Positions 26,334 through 38,624 of a stretch of 40,250 nucleotides of DNA are shown one piece after another; the first letter of the stretch is position 1, and every line of letters starts with the position of its first letter. Position numbers and translations under genes: made by a program. The notes under the pieces are model-generated. The model was not told the origin of the DNA, searched no databases, and was given only the letters and a program-made list of their open reading frames with translations. Location of the stretch: NCBI GenBank assembly GCA_030141605.1, contig JAQGDQ010001456.1, positions 1-40,250 of the forward strand, written 5' to 3'. This DNA comes from Tubiluchus corallicola. Its lineage: Eukaryota > Animalia > Priapulida.

Positions 26334-26348
26334 ACAGAAGAGAAAGAA

Positions 26349-26397
<49 letters not shown>

Positions 26398-26451
26398 GAA
26401 AGACACAGAGAGAGAGAGAGAAAGAGAGACAAAGAGCAAGAGAGAGAAAGA

Positions 26452-26547
<96 letters not shown>

Positions 26548-26550
26548 AGA

Positions 26551-26635
<85 letters not shown>

Positions 26636-26645
26636 GTGGGACAGA
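26030..26645. repeat. (GA)n microsatellite with repeated interruptions
   Basis: The interruption 'ggtgggacagaaga' recurs three times within the GA tracts. Confidence 0.97.
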
Positions 26646-27008
26646 AGAAATGGCAGAAAAAGATGGGAAGGCGAAAAGGGCAGGTGAAGGAGATTACTAC
26701 AGCTATCATTATAAGCGTTTATTAAACCTCAGTTTGCTGGCATAGAATTTTTAACGCAACACAAAATACGAAATACAAAAACATATCATACTAGGTAAGT
26801 TCATGTAACAAATTTTTAAAATTTCGTGTAAATTCACTGTCAAATTAGTTTCACAATTTCAATTTCACAAAACAATTTCACTTCTTCAGAAGTTTTTTTT
26901 AGTTTAAATTTATATTCAGAAGATTTACATACTTATAACTGTATGTAACTGAAAGTTCTACAAAAGTCATGCATAAATTAATTTGAGTTTAATCTTGATT
27001 TTCTGATA

Positions 27009-27148
27009 TACGAAAGCGTATTGGAGCCATAATATCCATTATAAAAAATCTAATTATAACCACATTTTCTTACAATCCAATGGCAAAAAATGGTCATAAC
27101 CAATTTTTTTTTTACAATCGGATATTATGGCCCTAATACGCTTTCGTA
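27009..27148. mobile_element. Small palindromic MITE-like hairpin
   Basis: tacgaaagcgtattggagccataatatcc versus ggatattatggccctaatacgctttcgta. Confidence 0.65.
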
Positions 27149-27320
27149 CTGATAATGTGTGGTACAGAGGACAAAAATCCTCTTTTATAAGATAAATAGA
27201 AGCTAGTAAAAAGGGTTTTGACTTCATTTCGTATAAACATGATGTGTATCATAACAATTATTTAAATAAGTAATAAAATTTCTCCTCCTTCTGCATCAAC
27301 TAGTTGACATTCAAATAATA

Positions 27321-27832
27321 CTCAGGCGTGTGAAGTGTGACAGTGTGACTCAGGCGTGTGAAGTGTGACAGTGTGACTCAGGCGTGTGAAGTGTGACAGT
27401 GTGACTCAGGCGTGTGAAGTTTGACAGTGTGACTCAGGCGTGTGAAGTGTGACAGTGTGACTCAGGCGTGTGAAGTGTGACAGTGTGACTCAGGCGTGTG
27501 AAGTGTGACAGTGTGACTCAGGCGTGTGAAGTGTGACAGTGTGACTCAGGCGTGTGAAGTGTGACAGTGTGACTCAGGCGTGTGAAGTTTGACAGTGTGA
27601 CTCAGGCGTGTGAAGTGTGACAGTGTGACTCAGGCGTGTGAAGTGTGACAGTGTGACTCAGGCGTGTGAAGTGTGACAGTGTGACTCAGGCGTGTGAAGT
27701 GTCACAGTGTGACTCAGGCGTGTGAAGTGTGACAGTGTGACTCAGGCGTGTGAAGTGTGACAGTGTGACTCAGGCGTGTGAAGTGTGACAGTGTGACTCA
27801 GGCGTGTGAAGTGTGACAGTGTGACTCTGGCG
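27321..27832. repeat. Minisatellite, 28-bp unit, ~18 copies
   Basis: Unit ctcaggcgtgtgaagtgtgacagtgtga; very homogeneous. Confidence 0.97.
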
Positions 27833-28670
27833 CATGAACACTATATGATCAAATTGCATCTAATGAACGACCTATATGATTCGAAAAATAGTTAAAACTA
27901 CGCTGAGCTAAGAGAAAACTGCAAACCAATGACACTAACGGCGTGTTTTGCTGGTAGGAAACATCATGGTCTTAACAATAGTTGTGGTGACCAAATCTTT
28001 TTGACCATGGCTGTCGAGAACCATTGCGGACCTCGGTCAACAAGCATTAAGGGCCCCACTTCAAGTAGCAAAAGCGGATAACAGTTGCTCTCAACTTATC
28101 AAGTTACTCACCTTGAGTGTCATTTTCACAATACTCAACATTTGTACTAATTTTATGCCTTTAGTTTTTATCAAGTTACTCACCTCGAGAGCTAAATTGT
28201 TAAAATTGCAGAACAAGGTTTTTTTAGTGCATAATTATTATGGTAATTAATAACGTACAAATAATCTCATGTTGAACCAATGCGCATGCGCACTAGAAGT
28301 CAATAAACATTATAAATCTAGCTGACCTAGCAAGTAGTAATTGTCTTAATTACAAGTTCTCCTGATATGATCAATGAAGCCAGTGTAAACTCAATTGTAA
28401 GACGAGAGAAACAAATGGCTTCTAATAATGGTAATTACTAGTTAATAAAAACTACAACTGTCGCTTGCTCAAACTTTGTAGTGTCATGAATTATATTAAT
28501 TGCTTAGGAGACGTGAAAATGCAGCAAAACTTGTTGGTTTTGAAGTCTGGCTTGCCGGGTTTGTATTTCTGTACAGAATTTATCGATTTTTGCAACATAT
28601 TTGTCAAGCCGCTGTAGTCCAGCACAGGAACTTTTTGTACCCACCTGTACTTGTATTTCATTATGACTAC

Positions 28671-28995
28671 TAGAGGATCTCGAAGATTTCAGCATATGAA
28701 GAGCACCCGTATTGCTGTTTGTCAGGAGGCAAATTTTAACACATTTAACAACAAGAACTCCATGCAGTGTCAAGCAGATGTTTAACATTTAGAACGGTAT
28801 ATTATTTGCAGTTTTACTTTTGTGATTAAAAGAACAATTCTTAAATTAGTGTAATTCGAAATAATATACCATTCTAACTGTTAAACATCTGCTTGACACT
28901 GCATGGAGTTCTTATTGTTAAATGTGTTAAAAATTGTCTCCTGGCAAACAGCAATACGGGTGCTCTTCGTATGCCGAAATCTTCGAGATCCTCTA
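28671..28995. mobile_element. Foldback MITE, ~325 bp, arms ~140 bp
   Basis: TAGAGGATCTCGAAGATTTC...GAAATCTTCGAGATCCTCTA; arms complementary up to a ~40-bp loop; TA termini. Confidence 0.85.
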
Positions 28996-29148
28996 ACTAC
29001 ATGTATAATTATACAGAAAACGTTAAATGAATTATAATGAACAAGTCAATAAATAAGCAAACTTCTTGAGCAACGGAGGACGCTAAAAGTTGGAAATGGA
29101 GGAGACCACGTGACGCTAACAGGGTTTAGGCCTTAGCAAGTTAGCAGT

Positions 29149-29626
29149 AAAAAATAGAAGCCTCAGCCTTAGTTGAAACTGTATTTCTGTATAACTCCGA
29201 GCTCTAGACATTAAAACCAAATCATAAAGCTGAAATCGATGCGTTTCAAAGGCGAAATTACAGAAACATTTTGGGTATTAGATGGCCAAAGACAATTTCA
29301 AACAAAGATCTATATGAAAAAAATAAAAGAAGAACCTTGGACAAGAAAAATAAAAAGACGCCGTTTAAGATGGATTGGGCATATGCTTAGACTACCTGAT
29401 GATATTCCAGTGAAGATAGCTCTTCAACAAGCCATAGAACCAGCTAAAAAACCTGCAGGAGGACAAATGTTAACATATTTTGATTTTGCACAGAAAGATT
29501 TAAACACTTCAGCATTGATCCTTAGAAATAAATCCACTTGGGGCATTGCGGCGAGCAGGGAGTCCTGGCATGGGGAGGTGAGCAGAATCATGTCCCTGGA
29601 CGTGTGATCAATTGAAGAAGAAGAAG
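29149..29626 (+). mobile_element. 5'-truncated RTE-like LINE 3' end (different family from 3283-3653)
   Basis: KIKRRRLRWIGHMLRLPDDIPVKIAL motif, (GAA)n tail, and TSD AAGTTAGCAGT at 29138-29148 and 29627-29637. Confidence 0.85.
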
Positions 29627-29712
29627 AAGTTAGCAGTTATGAATAAGATTACAACACAATTAAAGAGTCTTAGTGATTTAAGTGTATTTAACGTAGTAGC
29701 GTGTACAATATT

Positions 29713-30016
29713 AAATTAAAATCACTAATATTAACTAGATATGAAATACCATCACACCAGTACGACAACATACACACTAATTCAGAATTCATATATCCAC
29801 GGCCATATTAATTAAATCTTAGTTTTTCATTTTTCGTGCATAGTTGTAAATACGTTTGATTTTATTCGTCGTTACTTTACATTACTACACAGTAGTTTAG
29901 ATTGCACTGACGCATTTGCCTCTAGCAGTGTAAGTTTTTATTAACTAACACTGATTGATCATCTCTGTAAAGTTTTTATCAGTGATTATCAATGTATTTT
30001 AATGGCAAATAAAGAT

Positions 30017-30048
<32 letters not shown>
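29713..30048 (+). mobile_element. Dispersed repeat, probable retroelement 3' UTR
   Basis: Ends ggcaAATAAAgattatt(AT)n; inverted copy at 15402-15723. Confidence 0.7.
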
Positions 30049-30052
<4 letters not shown>

Positions 30053-30815
30053 GTTCACTAAAAGTATACACGGTTAGTAAAAGGTCTACAAAACAATGAG
30101 TTTACAAAATCTCTCGAGAAAATTCTAAACGTGGTCTCTGCAACCATGTGCTGGATCGTGTTAAAGAATTAATCAAAATTTAATTCAGCTGTCATATTAC
30201 AAATTTTAAACTTTATCCTGAGGTAAAAGATTATCATTGCATTAGCTACATGCAATTTTTTCTAGACTGTACCTTGGCATTTAAAGAAACTGTTATGTCA
30301 CAACTTTAAATAGCATCAATTTTAAATGTTAGGCCCCTATGCAGAAATCCACGAGTACTACCAATGCATCGTCCTGCGCATGCGTAATAGTTGTAAGCTC
30401 AAAGTACTCATCTAAGGAAGCTAGAAGCTCAGCTATACCTATATACCTATTCAGCACTACTTTTAGCCAACTCGCTTCCTCGTTATCACGCTAGAGGGCG
30501 ACTGTAAGCGCTTCTTCTGCGCATGCCCCAAACCAGTTTGTTAATAATTTAAAGCGGTTTACACAAATTTCGTATTTTAGTCTGCCATTAATGTTTGCCT
30601 TTCCCTATCGCATTGGAATAATTACTTAATCTGATTAAATTATTCAAGATGGTATGTTTTTGCAGCTGCGTCAAGCTCGTGATAGTAATACCCAGTAATT
30701 CATCAGATGAGGTAAATTCTCAATTCGTAAAATGAAATGTTCAGCTTTCGAATTGATTCAATAAACGTTGAGGAACCAGTAATACAAAGTTTCATCTCAT
30801 GATGACTGCTAGACG

Positions 30816-31585
30816 CATCCCATTGTATCAACAAACTAGGGTTGTTATGTTTGGTAAATTAAATGAAATACTTCTGCCCATGACGTACATGACGTACATG
30901 GCCATTGTACATGACGTGAAATAGTGATACACTAATACTACAGACACTGACCTTTTGTTACTATGGCTAATGATGACAAACAATGAGTTGATAGAGAAGG
31001 TAGCCATCTTTGAATGACTTTAATCATAAAGTTGGATGTAAATCCTATGAACTTTTCTCTAAAGGCTGTAAAGATAATAACGGTCATCCAGTGTTGCCGA
31101 ATTGTAACTGTGGATTTCGATTTGAGTCTGTTGAACACTTTTTGTTGCACTGCCCATCGTATCAACTAGCTAGGTTTGTTATGTTTGATAAATTAAATGC
31201 ATTACTTCTGCCCGAAAACCTTAATATAGCTGCTTTAGGAACTAATGATCTGTTGAAGTTGTTATTATTCGGAAAAGATGAATTTAACTATGTTGCTAAC
31301 TGTAAAATATTCCAATGTATACATGACTTTATATTACGTACTAAACGCTTCCAGTAGTTTCTATCTGATATAAAATGCATCATTCTTAAATAATGTAGTT
31401 TCTACTAATGTCTAATGTATCACTAGTAAAACTTTAGTATACTAAAGTATACTAAAAACTAAGTATGGTTTATTCTTACTGTAAATGTTCTTGTAAATAG
31501 TGTATAAAGTTCTGTTGTGGTGAGGATCCTAAATCATGTTGTTTAAACTGTCTGATCCAATCCTAAATAAATTATGTTTAAACTA
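30816..31585 (+). mobile_element. Non-LTR retrotransposon 3' end with C-terminal zinc-knuckle coding remnant
   Basis: Frame 31010-31357 contains CNCGFRFESVEHFLLHCP, the CxC...EHxxxxCP motif of LINE ORF2 C-termini. 3' UTR shared with 12109-12592; TSD ACTGCTAGACG at 30805-30815 and 31586-31596. Confidence 0.85.
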
Positions 31586-32202
31586 ACTGCTAGACGTACA
31601 CATAAAACACATATTTACAAGGTCTACAGTATTTTCAGCCTCGGTTTGAAAATTCTATTAATGCTCCCAATAACTAAATATCCTCTAAAATAATTAATGT
31701 TTTAATAAGCATTTTCATAGTTTCGTTGTGCGCACGCGCAGTTGCTGTAGGTCATAGAATCTGACAGATCACGTGACGGTTTAGAATAACTGGCTTCACC
31801 GCGGGTCTTACTAAAATCAAACATTGTGAAATTTGTGCAACTTCAACATTTATTTATGAGGCAGAAGCTGACTTGTTAAAACAATCAGCATAGACGGGTA
31901 GAACGTAATCAGATCCTATAATTAAACGTTTTTTGACGTCATACTGCACGAACTACGTGGCTCGTTTATATTATAAATTAAGAATGACGACCCCAATTTG
32001 TTACCGGAGGTGATTTGCGGAGAACTTCCGCTCCGCGCTCTTGCACATCTTCTCTCTTCTAAGCATGGCCCGCAGAGAGATCAACAAATGAGAGCCGATT
32101 TAGTGGGGCACTTCCGATTGTAACGTAAGTAGGTGAGCGAACTTGCGTAGATTAATGTCTTGTAGAAAAATCTGCATAAACAGGAAGAAGAATTATGAAG
32201 CG

Positions 32203-32323
32203 CTCCTCACAAATGGGTTCAAACTCTCGGTTCACGAAAGAGGCTCCTCACAAATGGGTTCAAACTCTCGGTTCACGAAAGAGGCTCCTCACAAATGGGT
32301 TCAAACTCTCGGTTCACGAAAGA
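32203..32323. repeat. 41-bp tandem repeat, 3 copies
   Basis: Unit ctcctcacaaatgggttcaaactctcggttcacgaaagagg. Confidence 0.9.
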
Positions 32324-32429
32324 GACAGAAAGTTCGCGTGAGTTTATCTATAGAAAGGAAATAAAATGTTGTCGAACTCTTGAAATCTAGTTAACTTATT
32401 GCGATGAGTGAAACTTTCAAGTCTTGTTC

Positions 32430-32430
<1 letters not shown>

Positions 32431-32486
<56 letters not shown>

Positions 32487-32590
32487 TATAATAATAATAA
32501 TAATGATGATAGTGATAGTCATAGTAATGATGATAGTGATAGTCATAGTAATGATGATAGTAATAGTCATAGTCATAGTAATAGCAATGA
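32431..32590. repeat. (TAA)n and derived trinucleotide tract
   Basis: Directly visible. Confidence 0.95.
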
Positions 32591-32662
32591 TGACCCGGCC
32601 GCTGGTTCGAACTCACGACCTCCCAGACTGACAGCAGACGCATTACCACTAGACTAAACCGT
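32591..32662 (-). mobile_element. tRNA-derived SINE head / tRNA-like pseudogene fragment
   Basis: Minus strand CGGTTTAGTCTAGTGGTAATGCGTCTGCTGTCAGTCTGGGAGGTCGTGAGTTCGAACCAGCGGCCGGGTCA has A-box-like TAGTCTAGTGG and B-box GAGTTCGAACC, but no intact cloverleaf. Confidence 0.6.
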
Positions 32663-32762
32663 GTGATCTTGATGCATCTAATGCCTTTGCAGCAGGAAAG
32701 TTGACGCAACTGCTGCTGCCGTTGCATAAGCTGTTGTTGTTTGTTGCTATTACTGTTGTGGT

Positions 32763-32915
32763 AATAATGCTTTAAATAATACTAAGACCAGGACGGTAAA
32801 ATTTCAGCATTTATTGCACAGGCATTTGCAGTCATACAGTAACTAAACTCAAAGCACTGTGCAACAAATGCTGAAACTTTACCATCACGATCTTAGTATT
32901 ATTTAAAACATTATT
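32763..32915. mobile_element. Small palindromic MITE-like hairpin
   Basis: aataatgctttaaataatactaagac...tttcagcatttattgcacag mirrored by ctgtgcaacaaatgctgaaa...tcttagtattatttaaaacattatt. Confidence 0.7.
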
Positions 32916-33098
32916 CAATCAATCAATGAATCAATCAATTTATTTCACTCCAGCAATACATATACAATACATCAACATACAATATTATTGAAACAAAAAG
33001 AAACAGTATAGGTAAAAAAACGTTGATGAAGTCAAATTAACCAAATAAAAGAGTTGCTGTATGACACCTTGAAAGCTTGGCTTGTTAGGGTGGCACAA

Positions 33099-33655
33099 AT
33101 GAGTGAATGAAAGAATGGTTAGGGTTAGTAGACATGATGGAATGAAAAAAAATAGTAAGATTAGGGATAGGAAGAAGGAAAGGAGGGGAGGATGAGTGAA
33201 TGAAAGAATGGTTAGGGTTAGTAGACATGATGGAATGGAAAAAAATAGTAAGATTAGGGATAGGAAGAAGGAAAGGGGGGGAGGAGGGGAGGATGAGTGA
33301 ATGAAAGAATGGTTAGGGTTAGTAGACATGATGGAATGGAAAAAAATAGTAAGATTAGGGATAGGAAGAAGGAAAGGAGGGGAGGATGAGTGAATGAAAG
33401 AATGCTTAGGGTTAGTAGACATGATGGAATGGAAAAAATAGTAAGATTAGGGATAGGAAGAAGGAAAGGAGGGGAGGATGAGTGAATGAAAGAATGGTTA
33501 GGGTTAGTAGACATGATGGAATGAAAAAAAATAGTAAGATTAGGGATAGGAAGAAGGAAGGGAGGGGAGGATGAGTGAATGAAAGAATGGTTAGGGTTAG
33601 TAGACATGATGGAATGGAAAAAAAACAGTAAGATTAGGGATAGGAAGAAGGAAAA
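33099..33655. repeat. Purine-rich minisatellite, ~93-bp unit, ~6 copies
   Basis: Unit atgagtgaatgaaagaatggttagggttagtagacatgatggaat...gattagggataggaagaaggaaaggaggggagg. Confidence 0.95.
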
Positions 33656-35454
33656 GAGGAGAAGAAACGACCATTATTGAAATTCAGTACCACCAAGAAC
33701 CTGTTTAAACGATGTTGTGCTGCTGCTATAGTATTTTCATACAATTCGACAATACGGTCGCTTACACTCAACAACGACCCACACAATTTACTTAACGCGG
33801 TTAGTAATGGCAGGCTAGCAAATAAAAGTAATCCCAGCACATACACCTTATCTCAACCATGTAAATATCCGTACGCATTATGGCAAATGAAACAACCGAA
33901 GGGTACTTTTTCTCAGTAGTCACCCATCCACTTGATTACCTGTCTCGGTACTGCTTAACTCAATCGAAAGTACCTTCTGACTGTTTGATCTACACGCACA
34001 GGCAATATATCAACGTCATAGTTGTAGATTAAATTAAAGATATTTATTACAAAAGAAGTGTTTTTGCAGTTCGAAAAATTCGGCACTCGATATACCTAGT
34101 CTACCTGAGTTGACCATTAATGGTAATTACTAAGCCTAATTAATTAACAATGATCATTCTCTTAGATAAGACACTAAACACGCCCGGATGTATGAATAGC
34201 AGGGTAGCGTGACAGATAGCAACACCCCGAAACCCAGCTTTCGAAATGTCACCTATCCATCTACTAGCCTGATTTGGCATTTCTTAACTTTCTAGTACAG
34301 ATTCTAGTAGTGTATTCTTGACGTAGCTTGTCCATATTTAAAAAAATTATAAATTAAACTTACTTGAAACATATAACTGATCACTCAATCATGATTTGTT
34401 GTTTTTCATTTTCAAAAACTTCCCCTCTAGTATAATAATATTTTTAATACTTCCCACCCGTATTTATATTTGTATATATTGTAATATTTTATCTGTATAT
34501 ATTGTATTTTTTTCCTCTACTAATTCTAGTGGCCTATCATAAGCTAGCTTCTTAGGTCTCTAGCGCAGAATTCATGAATTGTATCATATTTTTGTATTAA
34601 CAAAAACTGATTATCGTGCGCATGTAATGTAATGTATATGTTTATTGCGAAATAAATCTACTAAATCTTAATCTTAAATCTTAATCTTAGCTCTAATGCC
34701 TCTAGAGTACCTCTAATACAGAAATACAATGACTGTCTTTCTCAGACAAAAATGAGATTGTTCAAGCGTGATTGGACATCTGGTTTATAAACTGGTAGCA
34801 TCTTGAAAGTATTTTAAGTACTACACAACACAATAGATTTAAAAAAAAATCGTTTGTTAATATCTGGTTACAAGCAGACGACCTTTAGTTTACTATATTT
34901 TGAAGTTATGTTGTGACTTCAAGAATTTCTTGAACATTGTAACTTCAAAACTTCAACATCAGCTTTTTGCGCAATTTTGATATCTAGCAAAATAATAACT
35001 TTTTGTCTTTATCGCGTTTGCTGTTTGTGCAATTTTTTGCTTCCGGTGAAACCAAATTCTCTGTTGACCATTATAAACGTTGTCCATTCATGTATAGCAC
35101 TGCAAGAGATAGCATATCGTAATTGAACACTCGTTTGCTATAGATTCTATTCACTCGAATCTCAAGAGAGTAGTTACCTCTTCTCGTAGTTACTTCAGGA
35201 AAACAAGGTTGGCATGAAAAGGTTAAATGATGAAAATGTAATATTCAGTAAAACTCCTTTTGTATCGACCACTTTAGTGATAAGCTATCTGTTGTGAAGA
35301 CTCTTGTGCGCTGAACTTGCAGCTAAAACTTTTAAAGTCGCTGCAGGCTAAGCCTCCATTATCATAATTAAGATTATTGACTATTGTAGTGTTCAAAAAT
35401 TACGTACGCGGGGCTACAGAAAGGGCTTTAAGATGTGCAAAGATGATTTGAAGT

Positions 35455-36028
35455 GTTTCGTGATTGTTTCGTCGCCATGCTGCAACAACTGCGCATGCGT
35501 GAGAGACATTCGTCACATCGTCGTGATTGTTTTGTCGCCATGCTGCAACAACTGCGCATGCGTGAGAGATATTCGTCACATCGTCGGGATTGTTTTGTCG
35601 CCATGCTGCAACAACTGCGCATGCGTGAGAGACATTCGTCACATCGTCGTGATTGTTTTGTCGCCATGCTGCAACAACTGCGCATGCGTGAGAGACATTC
35701 GTCACATCGTCGTGATTGTTTTGTCGCCATGCTGCAACAACTGCGCATGCGTGAGAGACATTCGTCACATCGTCGGGATTGTTTTGTCGCCATGCTGCAA
35801 CAACTGCGCATGCGTGAGAGACATTCGTCACATCGTCGTGATTGTTTTGTCGCCATGCTGCAACAACTGCGCATGCGTGAGAGACATTCGTCACATCGTC
35901 GTGATTGTTTTGTCGCCATGCTGTAACAACTGCGCATGCGTGAGAGACATTCGTCACATCGTCGTGATTGTTTTGTCGCCATGCTGTAACAACTGCGCAT
36001 GCGTGAGAGACATTCGTCACATCGTCGG
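35455..36028. repeat. CpG-rich minisatellite, 63-bp unit, ~9 copies
   Basis: Unit tcgtgattgttttgtcgccatgctgcaacaactgcgcatgcgtgagagacattcgtcacatcg. Confidence 0.97.
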
Positions 36029-37299
36029 AACCAGTTATTAAATTCAGTTGTAATATATTTTTTTTTCTTATTTTCCCTTGATCCTTGGACGTTTTATTTT
36101 GTAACATTTTGAAAATTATTTTGATTTACACATTTTGATGATTCTCTTTTGTGATTTTCGTTAAAAACGTGTCCATCGTTACAAAAAGGAAAAAGGAAGA
36201 TTTTTTTACAAACTATCGCTTACATACTGCCTTTTTGCGTGCAGGACTTCAATCGGCAGTCACGCTGTATAAAACATGTAAATTTAAACTCCCGCGATGA
36301 CCGTTAGATGCAGCCATTTTCACGACAGGTCATTTGAAACAAGTTTAGATAACATTTTGTAAAGTTTCAAAAAATAATCAGAGCATTCGTATCGCACAAG
36401 TCACTAACTAGATAAAATTTAAAATTACTGTATCTTGTCAATAAGATTAAAAATACGTTTTTTGGTTAGTGAGTGGTGCACCCTGGAGGGTGAGTCAGCG
36501 ACATTTTACCAATAGGTGAAAACATTTTAAATAATTAATAATTTTCTTTTCTAGTTACATAAGTCTTTCTAGCAGATAAGCGAAAATCTAAGTAATATAG
36601 ATTTGCACGGAAAATCTTTAGAGACATAATTTAACATTTCCTTTTCTTCCCTTGATTTACGTTTGGTGCATGACGTCATGTAATGGCGCCATCGGAACAG
36701 TATTGCGGGAGATTTGAAATGAAAACAAACTAAAATTCCTTTCAGTGCGAGTACAATATACGCATAAAATTGCTATAAAGTAATATAATTTCTTAAGACA
36801 ATTTTTCTGAAACCTACTTCTGGTACCCCTTTTCTTGTCCTTTAAGATCAACGAACAAATTACACCGAATGTTAGACTTACTCTCCAATCTCGCCTAAGT
36901 GACGTAATTCATAGTTACTATAGTTACTATAGTTACAACATTCGCATTCCCATTTTTAACATTTTCTAGGCTCACGATATTCAAGCATCCGCCCAATCCG
37001 AGTCTCTGTGACGCGTTTAATATATTTTGGCTTCATTGTCAAGAGTTTGGAAGCCAAATTTGCAAGGAATACATGAAATGAATTCGCTTAACAGGCTGCT
37101 TATATGAATAGAAGGAAAATTACCAGCCAACGCAGGATACAATTATTGCCAGGCATAAGAGTTTGGCTTTTTGAAAATCAACATCAGAAATTAAATTGCG
37201 CTTAAATAAGCCAAGCGTTTTGGGGTAATTTAGCCAACACGCAAGGATAGTTAAACTTAATGATTCTTAGTTGAGTTTTGAAATGGCTGCTTGTTAGTA

Positions 37300-38590
37300 A
37301 AGTGAAATTTGTCTTAGCAGTGACATGTGACAGTTCATGTAGTAATTAATGTCAATGCTGTTGTCGTTGTTGGTGCTGTTGTTGTTGTTGTTATTGTGGT
37401 TGCCACTGTTGTTGCCTTTGTTATCATTGTCGTTGACGCTGGTGCTGTTGCTGTTGTTGTTGTCATCATTGTTGTCGCTGCTGCTACTGCTATTATTATC
37501 ATTGTTGTTATTGTCATTGTCGTTGTTGCTGCTGTTGTTGTTGTTGTTGTCGCTGTTATTGCTGCTGTTGCTGTTGTAGTCGTCATCGTTGCTGATGCTG
37601 TTGTTGCTGCTGTTGTTGTTATTGTCGTTGTCGCTGCTACTATTGCTGTTGTTGGTGTGGTTGCTTGTTGGTAAACTGAAATTTGTCTTAGCAGTGACAT
37701 GTGACAGTTCATGTAGTAATTAATGTCAATGCTTTAATGTATTTTTGGTTAAAACAACGACATTGTTTAACGTTGTTGATACGTTATGGATAGCAGTGGC
37801 AGCAGTTGTAGCAATAGTAGTGTTGGCTACACTTAAATTCCTGTTTGTGCTTTGCCAGTACTAAGCGTCTTTGTTGTTTATCTTGTTGTTGATGTTACTG
37901 TCGCTTTTATGCTGTCCTGCTGCCGCTGTTGTTGTCATTGTTCTTATTGTCGTTGTCGCTGGTGATACTGCTGCTGTTGTTGTTGTCATTGTCGCTGTTG
38001 TTGCTGTTGTTGTCGTTGTTGTCGCTGTTATTGCTGCTGTTGCTGTTGTCGTCGTTGTTGTCGTTGTTGGTGCTGCTGTTGCTGTTATTGTCGTTGTCGC
38101 TGCTATTATGGCTGTTGTTATTGTCATCGTTGTTGTCGCTGCTGCTACTGCTATTGTTATCATTGTTGTCGTTGTCGTTGTTGTCACTGTTGGTGCTGTT
38201 GTTGTCGTTGTCATTGTTGTCGCTGCTGCTATTGCTATTGTTGTCATTGTTGTTATTGTCGTTACCGCTGCTACTATTGCTGTTGTTATTGTCATCGTGG
38301 TTGTCGCTGCTGCTATTGCTATTCTTATCATTGTTGTCATTGTCGTTGTCGTTGTTGTCGCTGTTGGTGTTGGTTTTTTGTCATTGTTGCTGCTGCTACC
38401 GTTGCTGCTAAACCGCACTCCGTGTTCTCTGTTTTTTACTAACAAGAGTAGCGGCCATTCAACTGGTGCATAATGTATCATCACATTAAACTACACGTAG
38501 TCACTGACGGTGCTGGTGTTTTGTCATTGTTGCTGCTGCTACAGTTGTTGCTGCTACCGTTGCTTCTAGACCGCAAACCGTGTTCTCGAG
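37300..38590. repeat. Cryptic (GTT/GCT/GTC/ATT)n trinucleotide region with local direct duplications
   Basis: Two NYY-triplet tracts; a ~55-bp direct repeat at about 37303-37359 and 37677-37733 brackets the first tract. Confidence 0.85.
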
Positions 38591-38624
38591 TAGTACATGG
38601 TACAAGAGTAGCGGTCTTTCAACT

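Noticed and set aside
27321-27832. Possible CRISPR array (28-bp repeats)
   Set aside because: Head-to-tail repeats with no unique spacers, no cas genes and a eukaryotic context; the same applies to the other arrays.
33634-33846. Hydrophobic ORF start (YVLGLLLFASLPLLTA) as the channel's signal-peptide exon
   Set aside because: Begins at GTG with an in-frame stop shortly upstream; the nearby donor (A|gtaaat) is phase 1, whereas the next exon needs phase 2.
35400-36107. Cys-rich repeat ORFs on both strands
   Set aside because: 63-bp minisatellite open in four frames.
37335-38484. Thr/Ala-rich mucin-like ORFs (minus) and Val-rich ORFs (plus)
   Set aside because: Cryptic trinucleotide repeats open in several frames; no Pro/Ser content, signal peptide or convincing splice sites. 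A coding role is not strictly excluded without RNA data.
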